DNA from: Vicugna vicugna
Lineage: Eukaryota
Direction of reading: 5' to 3'
Length of the DNA stretch: 64,000 nucleotides
Assembly (NCBI GenBank): GCA_013265495.1
Contig: MU060720.1
Location: forward strand, 181,425 to 245,424
Below the pieces are notes generated by a model. The model was not told the DNA's origin. It did not search any database and saw nothing but the letters and a program-made list of their open reading frames with translations. This document shows, in pieces, positions 57,441 through 64,000 of this stretch (within the stretch, counting starts at the first letter, position 1; each line of letters begins with the position of its first letter). A program made the position numbers and the translations under genes.

Positions 57441-58104
57441 TGGCCATGCTTCAGTGACTTGATAAACTCACTACTGGAATTACTGGAATTTTTAGATCTT
57501 CTCCAGTTCCTTTTATCATAAAAATAATTCAGTGTCATTTTTGAAATGGAAGGACTTGAATACGTCAACAGATCCGTAACACTCAGCATGTTTGGTTATT
57601 AATTATGCAGATCCAATTGGAGTGTTTTTAATCCGTTTCTCGCCTGGTAGGAATCTCGGGCATGCGTTGGGTTTTTTTCCCCTGTGCTTTTAGAGGTCTG
57701 GTGGTGTCTGGGGAGTAGAGGCGAGCAAATTGGATGCTCATCCTCAGAGACCTTCCTGAAGTTTGGAGGTGAGCTTCTGGTAAGAGCTCAGGGACTGGCC
57801 TCCCACCCCAGAGCCGGCGTTCCACCCACAGTGAGCTCCTGTGTGAAGGCGGTGCCAAGCTGGGAGGTGCAGCGCCTTGGGACTCACCCGGCGCCTGATG
57901 CAGCTCGTGGACAGTGCAGGGGGCTCTCAGAACAGCCTGCACGCTGACTTCTGGTTCTGCTTCCGGGACATCTTGTCTTGATAGAGGTCCCGCCAAGAGT
58001 GCACACGTCTGTAGCTCTCGGCCTTTAGAACTGAGGGGCAGGAGAGCTTCCTTCCCTCCCTGACAGGTACAGAGAGATTTTTTAAAATTTTTAAATCAAA
58101 AACA

Positions 58105-58285
58105 ATTTTTTTTAAGTATAGTCCAATTACAATGCTGCGTTAATTTCTGGTGTGCAGAATAGTGATTCATGTATACGGATAAATATTTCTTTTCATGTTC
58201 TTTACCATTATACGTCGTTACAAGGTATAGAGTATAGTTCTTTGCGCCGTGCAGCAGGACCTCATTGTTTACCCATTTGATTTTA
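58105..58285 (-). mobile_element. L1 3' end fragment (cetartiodactyl type)
   Basis: ttttaagtatagtccaattacaatgctgcgttaatttctggtgtgcagaatagtgattca...tatagttctttgcgccgtgcagcaggacc. Confidence 0.75.
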
Positions 58286-58882
58286 ATACTTAAATGTCGG
58301 CGTTTACATCTCTCAGGTGCAGAAAGCTAGGTCAGCCAGGGAGAGAAAGAAAGTCACTGATGCAAGGGAAGTCATACAACTGTAGAGCTGACCCTGAGGT
58401 GTGGAACATTGCAGAAGGCTTGGGGGTGCTGGAAACCTGTGCTTTGAAGGCACTGCAGCCCCCAGCAGGTTTCCTTCCCCCAGATCGGGGAGCCAGGGCT
58501 GTGCAGCTGAGCCGGTCCACACGTGGCTCTCAGTCCAATCTTACTGAGTTGGAGGGCGCAGCGAGTCTGAAAGGCCCCGTGACACACCGTGACACGCCGA
58601 GGACGGTGGCTGTCACCCCCAGAGGTGTCGTTCCATGTCTGTGTGCCCGAGGCTCAGCCCTCTTGGGACGGGATAGTGTCTGATCAGAGCCACCTCCAGT
58701 CTTGCTTACAGATGGGAAATAGGCTGGAAAGTTCCAAGACGCTGGCTCTTCTGCATGAGACCCTCCCTGGCCTGCCTGGCATCTTGACCCCAGGTGCCGA
58801 CTGCCATACGTGTCTTCATTCTGGCTGTAGACGAGGGGTCGTCACAGAGACCCCAGTGTCATGAAGTTAGTAAGGATCATAC

Positions 58883-59030
58883 NNNNNNNNNNNNNNNNNN
58901 NNNNNNNNNNNNNNNNNNNNNNNNNNNNNNNNNNNNNNNNNNNNNNNNNNNNNNNNNNNNNNNNNNNNNNNNNNNNNNNNNNNNNNNNNNNNNNNNNNNN
59001 NNNNNNNNNNNNNNNNNNNNNNNNNNNNNN
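58883..59030. other. Assembly gap (148 N)
   Basis: N run. Confidence 1.
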
Positions 59031-59222
59031 TGGTCAAGACGATGGTGATGGTAGTGCTGATGGCGATGATGATGGTGATGATGATGGTGGTGATCATGAT
59101 GGTGATGGTGGAGATGATGATGGCGATGATGGTCAAGACGATGATGGTGATGATGATGGTGGTGATGATGATGGTGGTGATGGAGATGGTGGTGATGAGG
59201 ATGCTAGTGGTGAATGTGCTGG
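59031..59222. repeat. (GAT/GGT)n trinucleotide repeat flanking the gap
   Basis: Read directly; includes a repeated ggtcaagacgat variant. Confidence 0.95.
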
Positions 59223-62129
59223 TAAGCCCTGCCGCTCTGAGCACCTGCACTGCCCCAGGCACTACACTGAAGCTTGTCTGCGTCACCCTGGCCTTCACAC
59301 TCACCATGATGTGTAAACTGAGCTTCTGTGTGTCTGACTCTGCATCCCGTGGCTGTGTCCTTATTCCACAGTCTCATATTTTGCCACCAGCCGGATAACC
59401 CCTCAAGGGCAGTGCCAGTGATGTATTCATTTTGTTTCCTGGCACGTGCTGATGTTGTGAATAGAGGGTGCGGTGCTGGCGGAAATGCAGAGTACTCTCC
59501 CGGGTCCCCTGTGGCTCCACTGAGTTGGCGAGGGGACCTCAGCGAGGTTCATCATGGGACAGGTCAGGAAGCCAGTCTCCCCTACAGGACAAGGGAGAGG
59601 CCCTGCAGAGGTGGGGTCTGGTCTCAGAGAGCCTCGGAGGAGCTTGTAAATGGGCTGAGATGTGGGGGCATCTCACAGCGCCCCCGTGGCTCCCCAGCTC
59701 TGGTCTGGGCACCCTGGGACCCAGTGCCACCCCATGCCCCAGGTCTCCCCGCTGCTCTGCCGCCCTGCCCACAGGGGTTTCTTCCATCACATCCTCTACG
59801 TCGGGGGAGATTTCAACGGATGATACCCAAGAAACAGAAGAAGTCTGTGACAGTTGAGGATGGGTGGCAGGCAGCCATCCGTTTCCTGCATACCTAAGGG
59901 CAACTTGCCTCCTGTTGTCCAAATACCGTGTTTCTGTTACATCAAACACCTCCCACAGTCGCAGGGCCCTGGCAGCCCCGCGTTCTGCCTACAGACACGC
60001 TGGGACGTCACGGCCAGTGCTGCCTTCGAGGGCTGCTGCAGACACAGGTGTCTTGCCCGTGTCTGAGGACTGATTTATGCTGCAGGCAGTTCAGAGCGGT
60101 GACAAGTACCGACTTCAGCCGCTGACGGTGGGAGCCCATCAGTTTAAATTATGTAAAGCTGCACGTGCCCCGCCACAGGGATCCAGTGTGGAAAGCGAGG
60201 ACCTCAGCCATGGGTTCCCACCGTGTGGGTCTCCGGGGGCGTGTGGCGGGGAGGCGGCGCGCACGAGCCCCGGGTGGGCGGGGTGGAGAGCCGGGGGCAC
60301 TGGGGAGCAGGAAGCATGGGCTTTCCTGGAGGACGGCTGCCCCGGGCTGTGCAGACTCGGGGAGAGCCAGGGTGTGGGGAGTGCACAGGTGTCCCAGGGC
60401 TGGGGGGCCAGGTGCCCGGACAGGCCCCTGACCCGGTCAGGAGACGGAACGGCTGCCCTCAGGGTCACCTCCTTTCCCCGGGGACACAGACTCTGCAGGC
60501 ATCTCAGAAAGGGCATCTCAGGCCGACCCCACAGCAGCAGGTCCCACGCCTGCTGGGGACCCCAGCCAGATGCCGCAAGACCGTGCCGCCTCTGCGGCTC
60601 TGGGGAGCAGCCTCGTGCCTGCCCAGGCGCGGGACAGAGGAGCTGGGCTGCACAGAACCAAGGAGGCGCCGTGTGCGGGGCGCTCCTGGCTCCTCCGGGT
60701 AGACGCGCCCAGGGATGGGCTGTCCTGTCCGTTCAGACAGGAAGCGCCAGGTCGCAGAGGGTGGGTGACTCAGGCTGAGACCCGGCCTGGGGCGCTTCCT
60801 GCGTGGCCACCCTGTGTGTGTTCCCAGGCATGTCCGGGAAGAGGGTCCCGGCTCAGGGGCAGAGCCCGAGGTCTGGGGACGTGTGGGGCCAAGAGGGAGG
60901 GCTCCGGCTTCACCTTTCCACCCTCGGGCCTGTCCTCCTCGCCCTTCCAAGACCAGGTGACTAGCTGCAGACGGGGCTGCTCCTGGGCCCCGGGGGCGGG
61001 CCGGCCCGATGTTCCCGCGGGGTGGCTCTGTGTCCTGCCCGGCAGAGGCCCAGCGTTGGCGGCTGCAGGCGGTCTCAGGGACGAGAGAGTGGAGGTCACG
61101 CCCCCGGTCACCTGGGAGACACCAAGCGCTCACCCCCTGGAGCCGCAGTTCGGTTCTCTTGGTGGGTTTCAGACCGCAAGGGGGCCTGGCCACAGACAGA
61201 CCTGTCTTGAGATGTCAGGCTCTCAGTCCTCATGCAGCCTGGATTTGGGCTCATTCATGCCGTTTTAAGAGCTGAGCAAGTCCCCAGAGTCAGCCCAGGG
61301 TCACGTTCTCTCTGAGATGCCTCCCGACCCGTCTCTTCCCCTTGTGCCCAGGGGTCCCGGCTCCTCCCGGACGCCACTGTCCCCGCCCCCACCAGGAGCT
61401 CCTGCAGAGCAGGGGGCCCTGGGAATACGGGGGGGCTGATCCTGCCAGGCCCACCAGGGACCCAGTATGGGGGAGGTTGTGGGCCGAGGGCCAGCGACCA
61501 GGGCCAGGGGATCGGATGTGTTCCTGTGAAGGACTCTTCCCTCTGCTCACGGCCGCAGATGAAACTGGACTTTCTCCAGCTGAGCTCTCGTCGCCTGAGA
61601 TGAAGGGTGGGTGGGGTGTGCTTGTGCCGTGAGATCTAAAAAGACACTCCCGCCTGGGGTCAGGACGCCGGGCGCCCCCCGCGGCTTCAGACCGATGCTT
61701 CAGGACCGTGAGCAGGGGCTGCGGGTCGGGCGCCCGCAGGCACGCGGAAGCTCCGCGCTCCGGGTGGGAACATCCTTCATGGTGGGAAGTAGGATAGCTC
61801 TTGTTGGAGCTGTTTTCTGTTTCTGTGCAGAAGCGCCCTTTGAATTTGGGGTGTGACTCAGTTCCTTGTGCCCCTGACGACCCTCGCTCCACACGCAGGG
61901 GTTTCGGGGCCCCACGAGGTCACCTTGACGGGCGTGTCCCCACGTCCCTGGACGCTGGGCTGGCCTGCAGCTCTGGTTCTGAACCCTCCCGGGCCCGCGG
62001 TCTTGCTTTTAGAACTTCTGTCTCCTGGCGCCGTCCTCACCATCGCGAAACCAAGGTCGTGGCTCCTGTAAGCTGCTCACACACGCAGCCGTCAGAGATC
62101 TGCGGACCACGCTCACGTTCTCACTGCGG

Positions 62130-62900
62130 AAAAACACACGTGACATAAAAGTGACCGTTTTCACCGCTTTCAAGTGCACAGTATCGTGACGTCACGTGCC
62201 TTCTGTGTTGCGTAGCTGTCCCCACTGTCTGGTTCCAGGACACTTCTGTCATTTCAGGAGGAGTCCGCGGCCACTGCAGTCGGCCCCGCTTCACGCTCCC
62301 CCAGACCCCGCCGCCCCCGGTCTGCCTTCTGTCTCCGTGGATCGGCCTCTTCGGGGTGTTTCGCGTCAATGCAGGCATAACTAACGTTTGTCAGGCTCAT
62401 CCCCGCTGTGCTCAGGGCTGAGTGGCGTTCCTCTGCACGGCTGCACCGCGCTGTGCTCCGTCCGTGGGTGGGGACCTCCAGCGCTTGTGAGCAGGGCCGT
62501 GTGAACGTTCGTGGGCAAGTGTTCGTTCCGTCACCTCTTCTCAGTTCCCTGGGGCGCACACGGGAGTGGGGCTGCTGGGCCACGTGGCAATTCTTTCTTT
62601 CCTTTTTTTTTAGCAGTTCTTTTTTCTTTTTAATGGGGGTGCTGGGGATTGAACCAGGACCCCGTGCCCGCTAAGCGCACGCTCTACCCCTGAGCTTTAA
62701 CCCCCTCCCCCGGCGGCTCTGTCGTTGACGTGCTGAGGAGCTGCCCCCTCAGGTGCTGGCAAGCCCTCTTTGGAGACCCCGGGCGTCCGGTGTGGGGGGC
62801 GTGTTTCTGGAAGCTCTGTCTCGGCGTGGTGGACACGAGCTGGTCTGCACGGACGTGACCCCCGATGCACGATGTGCCTTCGTGGGCGAGACGTGGAATT
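62130..62900 (-). mobile_element. Old L1MA/MB 3'UTR in reverse, heavily GC-shifted, interrupted by a SINE
   Basis: Colinear with recalled consensus: ctgccttctgtctccgtggatcggcct..., cgggagtggggctgctgggccacgtggcaattct, gctgaggagctgcc. Confidence 0.7.
62595..62711 (-). mobile_element. tRNA-derived camelid SINE nested in L1
   Basis: gctggggattgaaccaggaccccgtgcccgctaagcgcacgctctacccctgagct; diverged 9-bp TSD at 62586-62594 and 62712-62720. Confidence 0.88.
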
Positions 62901-64000
62901 TGCCTCATCCCGGGGCGGGTGGCGGTGAGCCCCCGGGTCAGGACGGGGAGGAGATGATGGGAAGATGGCCGGGACCCGAAGTCCTGTGCCGTTCCTCCTC
63001 ACCGCCGTCAGCCGTGCGTGCCTGGGGCTGCACCTTCCTGGCTCACCTTCTGTGGAAGGAGGCCCCGCAAGTGGACAGTCCTTGTGACCGTCCTGAGGTG
63101 TGTGGTGGAGACATCACGCTTCCTCAAGTGTTTGCGGAGGCGGCCGGTGAGATCCAGGGCTCTGGGGCGGGGGCGGAGCGGGCAGGTAATGAAAGAAAAG
63201 GAAGAGACTCAAAGAAGCAGAAAGGAGCGGAAAGTAGGCGCCAGCCTCTGCCGCTGGCGCCCAGAGGGCAGCAGTCCCGTGGGGTCTGTGCCGCGAGTCA
63301 CAGGCGCGCCTGCGCAGGACACGGTCTCCTGCGCTCCTCACAGCACGAGGGTGCGCCTCCTAGCCTTCTGGACGTGATCATTTCCATTAAAAACCGTCTT
63401 TAGAGGAGAGGCTCCCGCCTGCCCAGCTCTTCCGCGTTTCCCGGTGCGGAGGACTTCCAGTGCCGCAGTCCTCAAGGCAGCTGCCCTCCCCGGGCCTCTG
63501 GGCACAGCTCTGCGGAGCCCGCTGGCCTGGTTCCCACGTCCCCTCAGGCCCTGGGGTCGGATGGGGACTAACTGACCGATGTCCCCGCTCCCCGGGAACA
63601 CGCCCTGTGGGGGAGTCCGCCTGCATTTCCGCGTCAGGGAGAGCAGAGCCCCTTGAATCGGTCTGGAAGTGCGTTTGGGCGTCTCCTTGTCGCTCTGCCC
63701 TTTTCCCGTTGACACTCGCTCTGCAGAGGAAGCCCGTTTATCCGAATGGGGAGCCTGGAGCTAACTCGGGGGCAGGCCGTCTGCGTGCATCCCTGGTGGT
63801 GGATTTTGCTCCCAGGAATGCAAGGGAGTTTCCAGAACCCGCAGGCAGGCCCCCGTGCGAAGGTGCTGCCCCTGGCAGCCGCCGCCCAGGTGGAGGCGGA
63901 GGTCGTGCGTCCGCCCGCTCGGCACTGCCACCTGGGAGCGTGTCTCGCGCAGGAGCTTTGCACGTGCCCGCGGGCTTCCCCCCGGAAGTCGGGGTGAATT

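Noticed and set aside
58861-59398. Asp/Gly-rich and Met/Val-rich ORFs
   Set aside because: Translations of the GAT/GGT repeat beside the gap.
59468-59857. Protein-looking ORF (..SSTSGEISTDDTQETEEVCDS)
   Set aside because: No compatible splice sites or homology recognised. The nearby acceptor at 59371 gives a stop after 16 codons in the TNS3 phase.
63130-63400. Possible sense-strand L1 ORF2 remnant (third inversion)
   Set aside because: Too diverged to align by eye; needs an HMM search.
283-64000. Hundreds of Pro/Gly/Arg/Ala-rich ORFs in the six-frame track, many starting at GTG/TTG
   Set aside because: Expected from high GC (few stops); no recognisable domains, and they overlap in all frames. 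Only those containing TNS3 exons are real.

Overview
This is mammalian genomic DNA covering the 5' coding half of TNS3 (tensin-3) on the + strand. The species is most likely a camelid, because seven copies of a tRNA-Ala-derived SINE resemble the camelid vic-1 family. Twelve GT-AG exons (15099-55385) splice in frame from a perfect-Kozak ATG at 15121. They encode the PTEN-like PTP domain, the C2 domain and the start of the disordered linker (2266 nt, 755 codons plus 1 nt); the SH2/PTB exons lie beyond the window. Two upstream exons (one ending at base 8, one at 13732-13784) are also open and in frame. The introns are very GC/CpG-rich. They hold two antisense ERV solo LTRs, L1 fragments (two with 5' inversions), MLT1 and MIR remnants, several minisatellites and a 148-N gap. 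Almost all other ORFs in the track are GC-rich noise. I found no prokaryotic-type or wholly new gene system. The best leads are a candidate 9-nt in-frame ATG-bearing microexon, the in-frame N-terminal extension, a CCAAT/octamer-rich antisense LTR promoter, signs of AT-to-GC remodelling of old repeats, a 25x CACCTG minisatellite, and a minisatellite built from 3' splice-site-like units. Comparisons with human TNS3 and with repeat consensuses come from memory, not from a search.
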